A stretch of DNA of 64,000 nt from an uncultured Spirochaetota bacterium (GTDB lineage: Bacteria > Spirochaetota > Spirochaetia > SZUA-6 > Fen-1364). The notes below the pieces were generated by a model, which was not told the DNA's origin, made no database searches, and was given only the letters and a program-made list of their open reading frames with translations. Positions 18,787 to 29,182 of the stretch are shown in pieces (the stretch's first letter is position 1; each line of letters opens with the position of its first letter). The stretch is taken from positions 960,001-1,024,000 of the forward strand of contig CAWGAA010000003.1 of the NCBI GenBank assembly GCA_963820525.1, read 5' to 3'. A program made the position numbers and the translations under genes.

Positions 18787-19068
18787 TTATCCCTCCTGCG
18801 GCATGTCGTCCAATCCGCCGGCATTGATGACATCTGCGAAGCCGGCCTGCTTCAACAGCCGTGCCGCCTGTCCGCTGCGCGCGCCGGATGCGCAGTACAG
18901 CACGATGGGAGCGCTTTTCGGCTCCAGCTCGTTCATGCGAAGGGGAAGCGCTGCCAGGGGGATGTTGATGGCCCCGGGATAGCACCCATCGGCGTACTCC
19001 GCGGGAGTCCTGACGTCCACGACTCGCGCTCCCGCCTTGATCTTTTCCTTTACCGTATTGAAAGCCAT
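18787..19068 (-). CDS. Single-domain rhodanese (sulfurtransferase)
   Basis: VDVRTPAEY, PGAINIP and LYCASGARS active-site loop. Confidence 0.9.
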   Translation of the reverse strand: MAFNTVKEKIKAGARVVDVRTPAEYADGCYPGAINIPLAALPLRMNELEPKSAPIVLYCASGARSGQAARLLKQAGFADVINAGGLDDMPQEG

Positions 19069-19112
19069 GACCTCTCCTTGATATACGCGACCTTTTTGGG
19101 AGCGCCTTTAAG

Positions 19113-20777
19113 TTATTCCTCGATATCGAAACCGCCGTGCGCCAGCACGGAGACGTAGCCGCCGGTCAGATTTTTTACTTTGGAGAACCCGAGGTTTTTC
19201 AATATCCGAAGCGCAATGTGGGACCTGGCGCCGGAACGGCATTGCACCACGATGGGCTTCCCGCGGGGCACTTCATCCAGCCTGAACCGAAGCTCGTCCA
19301 GGGGTATGTGAAGCGCGCCCCTCACGTGAGACGATTCGTACTCACCGAGGTTTCTCACGTCCAGGATGACGGGGCGCTCCTCTTCTCTGGCCGAGGAGAG
19401 CATGATTTTCAGCTCCGGGGCCGTGACGAGCGGGCTGAACCCGCTCACGTCGTTCAATCCCACAAAGGCCGCCACATTCAGGGGATCGTTGGCGGAGGAG
19501 AAAGGCGGGGCATAGGAAAGGTCGATCTCCGCCAGGTCGTGCAGGGTGAGCTTGCCCTGGAGCGCCACAGCGAAAGCGTCTATCCGTTTCTCGACGCCTT
19601 CCTGGCCGAACGCCTGCGCACCCAGCAGCCGCGCGGATTCCCTGTCGTAAACTATCTTGAGGACCATCTCCTTGGCGCCCGGGTAATAGGCAGCATGGTG
19701 GTCCTTGACCACCACCGCGGCGCCGACGCTGAATCCGGCGGCACGGGCGGCGGCTTCCGTGAGACCCGTGCCTGCCGCCACGGCGTCGAACACCTTGACC
19801 ACGTTGGTGCCCACGCCGCCGGCGTAGGTGAGGGACATGCCCAGAGCGTTGGAGGCCGCTATCCTTCCCTGCCTGTTGGCCGGACCTGCCAGCGGAATCC
19901 GGACCTTGCGGCCGGATACCTTGTGGGTGATTTCCGTCATATCGCCCGCGGCCCATATGCTCTCATCCGAGGTCTTGAGGCGGCTGTCCACCAGGACCCC
20001 GCCGGCCTCCCCTATCCTCAAGCCGGCTTTCCTGGCCAATTCCAGGGCCGGCCGCACGCCCACGGACACGAGGACCACCGCGGCGGGCGCCCGCGAACCG
20101 TCCGAAAGCTCCACTTCCCGGGACTGCGCGTGAACCGCCGCAAGGCCCACTCCCGTCCTCACGCGGACCCCCTGGGATTCCAGGTGCTTCTCTATCATTG
20201 CTGCGAACTCGTAGTCCATCCCCGACATGACGTGGGGGAGCAGCTCCACGACGGTGGTGGCAATGCCGCGGGCCGTGAAAGCCTCCGCCATCTCCAGGCC
20301 GATGAATCCCCCGCCCGCGATCACGGCGGATGCGGGCTTCTCGGTTTCAATGAATCGCAGGATTCCATCCATGTCGGGGATGGTCCACAGGCGAAAGACA
20401 TTGGCAGAATCGATGCCTGCAATGGGAGGCAGGACCGGAGCCCCGCCTTGAGCCAGGATGAGCGCGTCATAGGAGAGCCAGGACTCGCCCTGCGGCCCTC
20501 TGATCCTCACGCGCTTTCCGTTCCGGTCTATCTCTATCGCCTCCGTTTCCACCAGCACCTTCACCCCGTAACGGGTGTTGAAGCCCTCGGGAGTCTGGAG
20601 CAGGAGCTTGGACCGCTTCTGGATGTGCCGGGAGATGTAATAGGGCAGGCCGCAGTTGGCGTACGAGACGTACGGTCCCCGCTCCACAACCGTGATTTCA
20701 GCGTCCTCGCTTATGCGGCGCGCCCTGGCCGCCGCGGTGGCCCCTGCCGCCACCCCCCCGATGATAAGAAGCTTCAT
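19113..20777 (-). CDS. CoA-disulfide/persulfide reductase with C-terminal rhodanese domain (CDR-RHD/Npsr-like)
   Basis: IIGGVAAG, SYANCGLPY redox Cys, GGGFIGLE, WAAGD, YAPPFS and C-terminal LDVRN...VQCRSGARS. Confidence 0.92.
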   Translation of the reverse strand: MKLLIIGGVAAGATAAARARRISEDAEITVVERGPYVSYANCGLPYYISRHIQKRSKLLLQTPEGFNTRYGVKVLVETEAIEIDRNGKRVRIRGPQGESWLSYDALILAQGGAPVLPPIAGIDSANVFRLWTIPDMDGILRFIETEKPASAVIAGGGFIGLEMAEAFTARGIATTVVELLPHVMSGMDYEFAAMIEKHLESQGVRVRTGVGLAAVHAQSREVELSDGSRAPAAVVLVSVGVRPALELARKAGLRIGEAGGVLVDSRLKTSDESIWAAGDMTEITHKVSGRKVRIPLAGPANRQGRIAASNALGMSLTYAGGVGTNVVKVFDAVAAGTGLTEAAARAAGFSVGAAVVVKDHHAAYYPGAKEMVLKIVYDRESARLLGAQAFGQEGVEKRIDAFAVALQGKLTLHDLAEIDLSYAPPFSSANDPLNVAAFVGLNDVSGFSPLVTAPELKIMLSSAREEERPVILDVRNLGEYESSHVRGALHIPLDELRFRLDEVPRGKPIVVQCRSGARSHIALRILKNLGFSKVKNLTGGYVSVLAHGGFDIEE

Positions 20778-20801
20778 TGCCTTCCTTTCCGGATCACTAT
20801 G

Positions 20802-20894
20802 CTACGCCGCGCTTCTTCTCCGTGTCGAGATGCCGAACGGGTGGTACAGGGGGCAGAACCCCACAGCCGCCAGGGCGGCCCTGATGATCCTGTC
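20802..20894 (-). pseudogene. Remnant of a DUF2892/YgaP-like membrane protein
   Basis: A frame not in the ORF track reads DRIIRAALAAVGFCPLYHPFGISTRRRSAA*. The N-terminal DRxIR and C-terminal GFCPLY..FGIST motifs are joined with the TM core missing, and there is no start codon. Confidence 0.6.
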
Positions 20895-21045
20895 CGAAAT
20901 CGATCAAAGATCGTGGGACAAGGATAGGAGAAAACGACGGATCTTTCGGTGACTTCAGTCACACAGGAGCAGAGCTCTCCTCCCTGCCCACGCCCTGTTG
21001 CCCCTCGGTCCCTATCGACCTATAATGCCGGCGTTCAAAGGTTTC

Positions 21046-23223
21046 ATGATGCGCCGTCAATCAAAGATCCGCGAAGCCCTCAAAGCGTTCGAGAGCCACA
21101 AAAAGGGGCTTCTCCTTCACATCGCCGAGATCGCGTGTTCCGGACTCGCGCTGGCGTGGTTCTTCCTTCCCCTCTTCTCGAACGCGCGAGGGGGAATGGT
21201 TGCCCCCCTCCTGCCGCTCTCCTTCCTCGACTCCGCCCGGCGGGAAATCGTCCCCTTCCTCATCGTCACCTGCGTCGTCTACCCCGTTCCCCTCATCTGC
21301 CTTTTCAAGATCGCGTCCGCCTTCCTGGAGACAGCCGTTCCCTCCATCGCCGATCCTGCCCGCATCCCGGCGATCGTCCTCGACATCCTGGGCTCGGCGC
21401 TCGTGCTGGCCACGCTCATGATCCAGCTGGTATCCTTTGCCGACGGCCCCGATTTTTTCGCCGCGCTGCCGTGGCTCACCTACGCCGTCTTTTTCGCGGC
21501 CTTGGCCGCCAACGCGGCCTCCATCGCTTTTCTCATCTCGGCTGTGAACAAGAACGATCCCGCCTACCAGGAGTATCTCGCGTTCAAGCGCAGGGGCGAT
21601 GCCCGGGGACGCGGCCTGCTGGGACTCCTTCGGGGGCGGGGCATCATGAAGAGGCTCGCGCTCACCCTCTTTCCATTCCTCCTTCTCATCATCGGGGTCC
21701 CCACCGCTGTGTTCATGCGCGATTTCAGCTCCACGCTCCTGGCGGAGGCGATCGCGGATGGAAAGACAAACGCCGAACGCACGGCCAACGTCGTGCGGGC
21801 CAACCCATCGGAGCCCGGCATCATCGACGACTACCTCAAATTCGAGGCCAGGAGAAACGCGGATTCGCCCGTTTCCTTTCGCGCCATCAGCTTCATGCGC
21901 CGGGATGGGAAGACCGACACCTTTGAAATTGCCGCCAGCACGGACCGCTGGAGGATAGGCAGGCGAGTCCAGCGGCGGCCCTCGACGCTCGCATACCCGA
22001 GCTATCGCGTTCCGGATGATTCGGATTCAATCGAGTTCATCGCGCCCGTAGCGGTCTCGGGGAGCCTCATCGGCTTCGTAAGCGTCATGTATGCGCGCGA
22101 GGTGATCTCGGCTCCGTACTTCCGCGCCGAGGTCAAGGCCATCCTCATCGCGGGCCTCGCGGTCTATGCCGCGATCTTCCTCACCTACCTGTTCGGAAAA
22201 AACATCGCGTTTCCCATTCTGCTGCTGCGCATGAGCGTCCATGCCATCTCCCAGACCCTTGCCGGCATGATGAACGGCAGGCTGCGCGTTTCGGCGAGCC
22301 TCTTGCAATACAAGGACCGGGTGAAAACGAACGACGAGATCAAGGCGCTCTCGAACGAAGTGCGCGCAATGACCTCCGTCATCCGCGGAGTGGTTCCCTA
22401 TTTATCGGCTTCCGCCCTCACCCATGCGGAGCGCCTGTCCCCCAGGACGGAGAGGAAGAACCTCACCTTCCTGTTCACAGACATCCGCGGCTTTACCTCC
22501 CTCTGCGAGGGGCACGATCCGGACTGGATCGTGGAGGTCTTGAACCGCTACCTCGACATCCAGGCTGGAATCATCCTGGCAAACGGCGGAGACATCGACA
22601 AGTTCGTTGGGGACGAGATCATGGCGATGTTCAAGGGGCAGGGAAAGGAGATCGCCGCGTGCCGCGCCGCCCTGGAGATCAACTCCGCCATCGTGGCCGA
22701 AAAGGAGCTGGCGGATCTGACAAGCCGCCACGCGGTCTCCATCGGCGTCGGTATCCATAGCGGGCCGGTGGTTTTCGGCAGCATCGGCGCCCGGGACAGG
22801 CGGGACTTCACCAGCATCGGGGACACGGTAAACCTCGCGGCGCGCCTGGAAGGCGCCACCAAGAACTACCAGACCAGGTCGCTCATCTCCGAGATGGTGT
22901 ACGAAAAAGCGAGGAAGAGCTTCCTCTGCCGCGAGATCGACCTTCTCACGGTCAAGGGCAAGCGGGAGAGCGCGCGGATATTCGAGCTGTTGCGGGAGCG
23001 AGCCAAGGCCACCGACAGGGACCATGAGACGAAGCGGATCTTCGAGGAGGGCCTGGAGCTCTACCGCAAGCGGAGGTGGGAGACGGCGGAGCAGCGCTTC
23101 GCGTTTCTGAAGGAAAAGTACCGGGACGGAGCGAGCGAGGTCTTCCTCCGGCGCGTGGAGCTCTTCAAGTCGAACCCCCCGCCCCAGGACTGGGACGGGG
23201 TTTTCAACCTCATGGTCAAGTAG
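21046..23223 (+). CDS. Membrane-bound class III adenylate cyclase
   Basis: Multiple TM helices; LFTDIRGFT, IDKFVGDEIM (Lys suggests ATP specificity), DFTSIGDTVNLAARLE, VKGK and C-terminal DWDGVF. Confidence 0.88.
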   Translation: MMRRQSKIREALKAFESHKKGLLLHIAEIACSGLALAWFFLPLFSNARGGMVAPLLPLSFLDSARREIVPFLIVTCVVYPVPLICLFKIASAFLETAVPSIADPARIPAIVLDILGSALVLATLMIQLVSFADGPDFFAALPWLTYAVFFAALAANAASIAFLISAVNKNDPAYQEYLAFKRRGDARGRGLLGLLRGRGIMKRLALTLFPFLLLIIGVPTAVFMRDFSSTLLAEAIADGKTNAERTANVVRANPSEPGIIDDYLKFEARRNADSPVSFRAISFMRRDGKTDTFEIAASTDRWRIGRRVQRRPSTLAYPSYRVPDDSDSIEFIAPVAVSGSLIGFVSVMYAREVISAPYFRAEVKAILIAGLAVYAAIFLTYLFGKNIAFPILLLRMSVHAISQTLAGMMNGRLRVSASLLQYKDRVKTNDEIKALSNEVRAMTSVIRGVVPYLSASALTHAERLSPRTERKNLTFLFTDIRGFTSLCEGHDPDWIVEVLNRYLDIQAGIILANGGDIDKFVGDEIMAMFKGQGKEIAACRAALEINSAIVAEKELADLTSRHAVSIGVGIHSGPVVFGSIGARDRRDFTSIGDTVNLAARLEGATKNYQTRSLISEMVYEKARKSFLCREIDLLTVKGKRESARIFELLRERAKATDRDHETKRIFEEGLELYRKRRWETAEQRFAFLKEKYRDGASEVFLRRVELFKSNPPPQDWDGVFNLMVK

Positions 23224-23257
23224 GGGCCGCGCACGGGACGCACGTGCCCTCGCCGCC

Positions 23258-23602
23258 TCAACGCGCTCGTACGGCGGCGAGATTCGCGCGGGCCTGGGGC
23301 GCATTCGCGTGGAAAGCCTCGAGCTTCGCACAGGCGAAATCGGGGCAGTCGGCGCAGGTAGCGTACCCCTTGCCCAGGCCGCAGAGGCGGAGCTCGCACA
23401 TCGAGCAGTATCCGATGTGCTTTCCGTCCTTCACGATGCATCCCACGCAATCCACATCCTCGGCCTTGAACTCGGCATGGTACTCCTTGGACCACTGGTC
23501 CGCCACCTTCCTCCGCTCTTCCATGGACAGCTTTTCCGAGGCGTGAAACGCCGGGCAGGCGGCGCAATCCAGGCCGCAGATCGCAAGCACGGTCTTTTCC
23601 AT
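23258..23602 (-). CDS. Cys-rich small protein (DUF3795-like)
   Basis: AICGLDCAACP, DCVGC, CSMCELRLC and TCADCPDFAC; AAGGAGG SD. Confidence 0.8.
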   Translation of the reverse strand: MEKTVLAICGLDCAACPAFHASEKLSMEERRKVADQWSKEYHAEFKAEDVDCVGCIVKDGKHIGYCSMCELRLCGLGKGYATCADCPDFACAKLEAFHANAPQARANLAAVRAR

Positions 23603-23629
23603 TATGAAACCTCCTTGGTCGATGAGTCG

Positions 23630-23664
23630 AGTTTACGCTGGGGTACCTGACAGCAGTGTGTCAG
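23630..23664 (-). promoter_or_regulatory. Candidate WYL-regulator binding site and -10 box for the DUF3795 gene
   Basis: Inverted repeat CTGACA-N6-TGTCAG at 23647-23664, followed 11 nt later on the minus strand by TAAACT. Confidence 0.6.
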
Positions 23665-23680
23665 TGTCTGGGGAAAAAAA

Positions 23681-24622
23681 TCAGGGCTCGGAGTTGCGGC
23701 CAGCCGTGTCGAGCGCCAGGGTTCGGATCCTCACCCGCAGCCAGTCCGGCTCCATGACCGCCACCTCGGGCCCGAAGGAGAGGATCTGGCTTTCCACCCA
23801 GTCGCCGTAGGGGAAGCTGAGGGTGAAGACAAGCGAGCCGTCGGCGCATTCCTCAGGGCTCTGCCACGAAAAGGCATCGCGCGCCTTCTGCGCCGCACGG
23901 GCGGAGAAATGCAGTCGGATCCTGGTGGGCGGCTCCGCTTCCCAGCCGCCTTCCCAGGGAAACGGGCGGCGCCCCGGCTTCCTGTGGAAGAGGGCCTTCT
24001 CCTCCACCTCGAGGGCGGAAACCCGCGAGAGCCTGAAGAAACGGTAGTCCTTCTTCGACAGGTCCCAGGCGTAGAGATACCAGACGTCCGCCTGGAGCAC
24101 CAGCGTGAGGGGCTCCACGCGGCGCCGCCCCTTTTCTCCACCGCTTTTTGTGTACGTAAAGCCGATGACGCGCCGCCGCTCGATGGCCCGCCGGATCGCC
24201 TCCAGGAGCTCGGTCCATGCCGACGGCATCCCCCAGGGGATGGGGACGTACACGACGGGAGGCAGGTCTTCCCTCTTCTCCCGCGCGGGACCGGTTCTCG
24301 AGGAGAGAGCTTTCAGCTTGGCCAGGACCGCTTCGATGGTCTTGTCCTTGATCGCCGCGTTGATGCCCTTGAGCGCCGAAAAAAGGGCCAGGAGCTCTTC
24401 CTCCTTGAAGAAGGCGCGATCAAGGGTGAACGACTCCACCAGCCCATATCCCCCATCGAGGCCTGCCGAGGAGACGATGGGCACCCCGGCGAGACCGAGG
24501 GTCTCCATGTCGCGATAGATGGTCCGAAGCGTGACCCCGAAGTACGAGGCGAGCTCCCGTGCCGTGACCTTCTGGCGGGAAAGCAGATAGAGAAGAATGG
24601 CGATGAGCCGATCGATCTTCAT
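23681..24622 (-). CDS. YafY-family HTH-WYL-WCX transcriptional regulator
   Basis: MKIDRL...TARELASYFGVTLRTIYRDM HTH; RRVEPLTL, WYLYAW, RFFRLSRV; LSFGPEVAVMEP (WCX). Confidence 0.92.
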   Translation of the reverse strand: MKIDRLIAILLYLLSRQKVTARELASYFGVTLRTIYRDMETLGLAGVPIVSSAGLDGGYGLVESFTLDRAFFKEEELLALFSALKGINAAIKDKTIEAVLAKLKALSSRTGPAREKREDLPPVVYVPIPWGMPSAWTELLEAIRRAIERRRVIGFTYTKSGGEKGRRRVEPLTLVLQADVWYLYAWDLSKKDYRFFRLSRVSALEVEEKALFHRKPGRRPFPWEGGWEAEPPTRIRLHFSARAAQKARDAFSWQSPEECADGSLVFTLSFPYGDWVESQILSFGPEVAVMEPDWLRVRIRTLALDTAGRNSEP

Positions 24623-24652
24623 CGACGCCCCCTGTCAACGACGGAGGGTCGG

Positions 24653-25423
24653 CTACTGAATGGTCAGGCGGTAGTCGGAGATGTGCACGATCCCCTTCCC
24701 CTCTATTATCTCGTTTCCCAGCTCGACGCTTGCGATGTGGAGGTCCTTTGTCAGGATGCCCTGGTCTACCAGGTAATCAACGAAGCCGCTCAGATCCAGC
24801 GGGCCCTTGAGGATGGGCTCTCGCGCGACGAAGGCGGTCCCGCCGACATCGACCGAGCCCGTGAGCTCCCCCGCCGGGACGCCGCCCGACGCGTCTCCAT
24901 GGCATCCCTTCAGGTACATGTCGAAGGCGGTCCCGCCGACATCGACCGAGCCCGTGAGCTCCCCCGCCGGGACGCCGCCGTTGTTGGCGATCCAGATCAT
25001 GATCTCGTGGGTGATGTTGTCCTTGGTGCCCGGAAGAGCAGATACGGGCCACAGCTCGAACGCCATGTTGTAGGTCCCCGTCGCTTCCAGGCAGATGTCG
25101 TAATCCGCCACGATCCTCTTCTCTCCGACATGGAAGGGCATCTCCCGCGCGAGGCCCCGGGGCTGGTCCCACGGCCATCCGAACGCAGGCTTTCCCTGAT
25201 AGGTTTCCAAGAAGACGGTCTCCGTATACGGGCCGGAGGTGGCGCCCTTGTTCCACACGTTGTTGAGAACGACGTATCCTTCGCCGTGAAATATCTGAGC
25301 GTAATCCTGCGACAATTCCTTGAGAATCCGACGCGCCGAGCCCGTCGATGCCGTTGAGCTGCATCCCATGAATACGAGCAGGCAGACCGCAAGAATCGAA
25401 AGCGCGACGCGAGCTCTTCTCAT
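24653..25423 (-). pseudogene. Second GH12 lipoprotein paralog, in frame but with an internal deletion and an internal duplication
   Basis: FMGC lipobox; NNVWN, HEIMIW and VELGNEI are retained. It lacks the AYPEVVYG segment of the 17807-18616 paralog, and GGVPAGELTGSVDVGGTAF occurs twice. Confidence 0.7.
24829..24979. repeat. Exact 58-bp direct repeat inside the GH12 paralog
   Basis: 24829-24886 is identical to 24922-24979 (CGAAGGCGGTCCCGCCGAC...GGGACGCCGCC), offset 93 bp. Confidence 0.9.
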
Positions 25424-25549
25424 GAAAAAGCCTCCCTCTGGCGGTATACTCTGCTCATCCATCCGGAAAATTCAAGCCCCGCGGGCGGTGACAAATCCGC
25501 ACCGCAGTGGTGTTGTAGTATTGAAAGTCCGTCTGAAAAGGAGCATGGA

Positions 25550-26257
25550 ATGAGACCTTCCCTGAAAGTAATCGCCGGAGCATGCCTTCTCCTGGGGGCT
25601 GCGCTCCTGCTCGCCTCCTGCGAAACCGTCAACAGGCTGGACAGGTACAGCGTCGAGGATGCCACTCTGACGGTGGACATGAGGGTGCCGCCGGAGCCTA
25701 CCATGAAGGTGGGATATTCCGTCACGTTCGATCTGCATGACCCCCTGGTCACGGTTCTCAGCGTCGGCACGAACATTGCCAAGGCGGGCGAGGCCTCCGA
25801 GGCGGAAGTCCGGATGCGTGAGGCCCTCCAATCCGTCGACGTGCCGGCGATCCTCTTGAAGGAAGCAACCTCCGCGTGCGCCCAGGCCCTTGATGCCAGG
25901 CTGGAGGACCGCAGGATCGATGCCGACTATCTCTTGAACCTGGACGTCCACGAATACGGCATCGAGGCCGATTCTCCCGGGGGTGGGGTGTCGCTTCGAT
26001 TGCGGCTCACCGCGAGCCTCTACCACAATAACAGCGGAGAGCTGGTATGGCGCAGGGGAATCGTGGTCCACAAGAACGCCAGCCCGAGCTTATTCGGCCT
26101 GGGGGACATCGTCGGCAATATCGTGAGTGCGGGGGCGCTGTCCGACATGTCCATCGAACAGATGGCGGCCGGCTTCACTCGGCTGGCGGAGGATTCCGCC
26201 CGTGTCGTGGCGCGCACCATGGAGGATGACCTGTACGCCGCCCGCTACGACGAGTAG
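25550..26257 (+). CDS. Hypothetical lipoprotein
   Basis: AAGGAG SD; hydrophobic signal ending LLASC; coding-like composition. Confidence 0.7.
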   Translation: MRPSLKVIAGACLLLGAALLLASCETVNRLDRYSVEDATLTVDMRVPPEPTMKVGYSVTFDLHDPLVTVLSVGTNIAKAGEASEAEVRMREALQSVDVPAILLKEATSACAQALDARLEDRRIDADYLLNLDVHEYGIEADSPGGGVSLRLRLTASLYHNNSGELVWRRGIVVHKNASPSLFGLGDIVGNIVSAGALSDMSIEQMAAGFTRLAEDSARVVARTMEDDLYAARYDE

Positions 26258-26336
26258 CGGTCAGGATCAAAGACAGGAGCGGGCGGAGAGAAGGCAAGGG
26301 CAAACCGCCCGCCCCCTTGCTTGGAGGATCGGAGCG

Positions 26337-26549
26337 TTACTTTTTCTTTGTCGCCTGACGGTATCGGTCCATGATCTCCTTCAGGCCTTCGTTCTTTCCG
26401 CCGTTCGTCTTCTCGATAGAAGCGGCCATGGCCTCGATTATCCCTTCGTCCAGAGTCTTGTCGCTCATGGCGCATAAGCCCTTGAAGATATTGTGGAGCC
26501 GGACCGGGACTCCCTTGACCAGCACATCGACCCTTTCCAGCTTTTCCAT
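26337..26549 (-). CDS. Small protein, possible ribbon-helix-helix DNA-binding protein
   Basis: GAGGAG SD before ATG 26549; DVLVKGVP strand followed by two amphipathic helices. Confidence 0.5.
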   Translation of the reverse strand: MEKLERVDVLVKGVPVRLHNIFKGLCAMSDKTLDEGIIEAMAASIEKTNGGKNEGLKEIMDRYRQATKKK

Positions 26550-26779
26550 AAAGTTCTCCTCTTTCATGAAAGAAGTTGCTGCGCGGGGCCCCATGTGGCA
26601 GACCCCACAACACTATAATATTGAAGACAATAAGCGTGCCATGTGCGATTCCATGCCTACTGTTTTTAATTATTTCTATAGTAAGTAATTATTATAATTT
26701 CTGAAAGCATGAGATGCTTGAATCTGATTCCCGCCGACAGTTATGAAGTTGAATGAGGATTTCAGTTTCAAGAATGTAA

Positions 26780-29182
26780 TTACTCTGAGAGGTACCCTGC
26801 CGCTTTTACGTGCACCTTGAGTCGCGCGAAGGCGGCCGCCACTTCGCGTAGGCTCTGTTCGCTTCCGGCCTTGTCCCGATCGTGCGCACAGCGCTCCAGC
26901 CTCGCCGCGGCTTCGCCGAGCTCGCCGGCGCATAGGCCGAGGGCTCCGCCTTTCATCCCATGCCCCTCGAATGCCATCGTTTCCAGGTCTCCCTTTGCTA
27001 ATGCCCGGTCGAGCAGGGGGATCTGGGATTCGACCTTGGAAACGAAGCCGGCAAGCACCCGTTTCACCGTATCGGTCTCTCCCAGGAACGCGGAAAGCGC
27101 CGCCGGGTAATCGAACACGGCCGCATCTCCAGGGCTTTGCGCCGACGTACGCGGACTGCGGAGGGCGGAAGGTGCGCGTTTGGGAAGCCACTTGTCCAGG
27201 ACGGCTGCAAGCTCTGCTTTTCGAAACGGCTTGGAGAGAAGGTCGTCCATGCCGCTCTCCATGCAGCGGGACTTCTCCTCTTCGGTCACGCTCGCCGTGA
27301 CCGCGATGATCGGCGTGCGAACGCCCTTGTCGCGGATGGCGCGGCTGGCTTCTATCCCGTTCATCACCGGCATCTGCACGTCCATGAAGATCACGTCGAA
27401 CTCCGCGGCAAGGGCCTTTTCCACGGCCTCCACCCCGTTTCCCGCGATCTCCAGGGAATGGCCCAGCTTTCCCGCCAGCGTGGCGAAAAGCTGCCGGTTC
27501 ACCTCATTGTCCTCAGCCAGGAGCAGGCGGCCGGGCGCGGCGGCGGCCGTTTCAACCGGCAGGACGTCCTCGGGAGCGCTCTCCGGCTCCCCCGCCTCCT
27601 CCACGGTCTCCAGCTCCCCTTCGAGGCTCGCCACGCGGAACACCTCCTCGAAGAGGAGCGACTTCTTCACGGGTTTGGTGAGGTAGGAGTCGAACCACTT
27701 CAACAGCTTCATCTTCGCCTCTTCGGCGCTCAGGCCGAACGGCGTGAGGAGGATGAGCCGCGTCGCGTTGATCGACGTGTCGGCGTTCACCTCGCTGGCG
27801 AGCTGCCATCCGTCAATGCCCGGCAGGCGGAGATCGATCAGGGCGATCAGGGGAGACTCCGGCGTCCCGGCCTTTTCCCGCAGCATGGCCAGGGCCTCAC
27901 GGCCGTCCCCCGCTTCGGTGACGGCGCATCCCCAGGAGCCGAGGTAGTCCCGCACCGCGGCGCGGGCCGTTGAATTGTCGTCTACCACAAGCACCTGCAG
28001 GCCTTCGAAAAAATCCCCCCGCACGGCCGCGTAGCGGTCGGAAAGCCGCTGCCGCGCCAGGCGAACCGAAAAGATGAAGGTGGAGCCGACGCCCTGGCTG
28101 CTTTCAACGCCGATCGAGCCGCCCATGAGCTCCACCAGGCTGCGGCAGATGGCGAGGCCGAGGCCCGTTCCGCCGTACCGCCTGGTGGTGGACGAATCAA
28201 TCTGCGTGAAGGCCTGGAAGAGCATGCCCTGTTTTTCAGGAGGGATGCCGATTCCCGTGTCCCTCACGCTGAAGCGCAGCGTGACTTCCTCCGCCTCCTC
28301 CTTTTCCAGCTGGATCGATACGGCCACCTCCCCCGCGGGGGTGAACTTCACCGCATTGTTGAGGAGATTCAGCAGGATCTGGCGCAGGCGATGGGGATCG
28401 CCGTGCACCAGATGCGGCAGCCGGTCGGGGAAGTAGGTGATGATCTCCAGGCCCTTCTTGTGAGCCTGCAGGGCCACAAGCCCGACCGCGTCCTCCACCA
28501 CGTCGCACACGTCGAAGTCGATGTTTTCCAGCTGGAGCTTCCCCGACTCGATCTTGGAGATGTCCAGCACGTCGTTGATGAGCGTGAGGAGCACGTCGGC
28601 GGAGAGGCGCACCGTCTCGCCGTAGTCTTTCTGCTCCTCGTTGAGGGGGGTTTCCAGGAGAAGCTCGGTGTTGCCGATGATCGCATGGATGGGCGTCCTG
28701 ATCTCGTGGCTCATGTTGGCCAGGAATTCGCCTCGCGCCCACATCGCCTTCTCCGCCTGATCCCGGGCCGCGCGCAGCTCGGTCTCGTTCTGGGCAAGCT
28801 CCTCGTACGAGCGCTTCCACCGGGTGATGTCATCCGAGACCTTCAGGAGGAAAATGGCCTCGCCCTGCCTGTCGAGAATGGGCGTCACCGAGGCGAGCTC
28901 CCAGTATTGGCCGCCTGAACGGGTGAGCGCGGGAAGCTCCCCGTGCCATTCCCCGCCATCCGAGATCCGGTCCCGCATCTCGTGCAGGATGCCCGCCGCC
29001 TCTTTCGGATACAGCTCCTCGAGCGCGCGGCCGACCGTCTCCTCCCGGGCGTACCCCGAGAGCGCGGTGAACCTCCCGTTCACGTAGCGAACGATTCCTT
29101 GGAGGTCCGCCACGACGATGGCGTTCGGTCCCTGGTCAAGGACAACGCGGCCGATGGCCCGTTCCAGCTCCGTGCGCGTCAT
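26780..29182 (-). CDS. Soluble hybrid histidine kinase PAS-HisKA-HATPase-REC-REC-Hpt
   Basis: [36 protein letters not shown], two receivers (LIDLRLP, FMDVQMP) and GHGMKGG Hpt; TGATG overlap with the upstream gene. Confidence 0.92.
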   Translation of the reverse strand: MTRTELERAIGRVVLDQGPNAIVVADLQGIVRYVNGRFTALSGYAREETVGRALEELYPKEAAGILHEMRDRISDGGEWHGELPALTRSGGQYWELASVTPILDRQGEAIFLLKVSDDITRWKRSYEELAQNETELRAARDQAEKAMWARGEFLANMSHEIRTPIHAIIGNTELLLETPLNEEQKDYGETVRLSADVLLTLINDVLDISKIESGKLQLENIDFDVCDVVEDAVGLVALQAHKKGLEIITYFPDRLPHLVHGDPHRLRQILLNLLNNAVKFTPAGEVAVSIQLEKEEAEEVTLRFSVRDTGIGIPPEKQGMLFQAFTQIDSSTTRRYGGTGLGLAICRSLVELMGGSIGVESSQGVGSTFIFSVRLARQRLSDRYAAVRGDFFEGLQVLVVDDNSTARAAVRDYLGSWGCAVTEAGDGREALAMLREKAGTPESPLIALIDLRLPGIDGWQLASEVNADTSINATRLILLTPFGLSAEEAKMKLLKWFDSYLTKPVKKSLLFEEVFRVASLEGELETVEEAGEPESAPEDVLPVETAAAAPGRLLLAEDNEVNRQLFATLAGKLGHSLEIAGNGVEAVEKALAAEFDVIFMDVQMPVMNGIEASRAIRDKGVRTPIIAVTASVTEEEKSRCMESGMDDLLSKPFRKAELAAVLDKWLPKRAPSALRSPRTSAQSPGDAAVFDYPAALSAFLGETDTVKRVLAGFVSKVESQIPLLDRALAKGDLETMAFEGHGMKGGALGLCAGELGEAAARLERCAHDRDKAGSEQSLREVAAAFARLKVHVKAAGYLSE

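Noticed and set aside
26295..26320. GGGCAAACC, resembling the start of a c-di-GMP-I riboswitch
   Set aside because: Lacks the following GAAA stem and GCAAA element, and lies between convergent gene ends.
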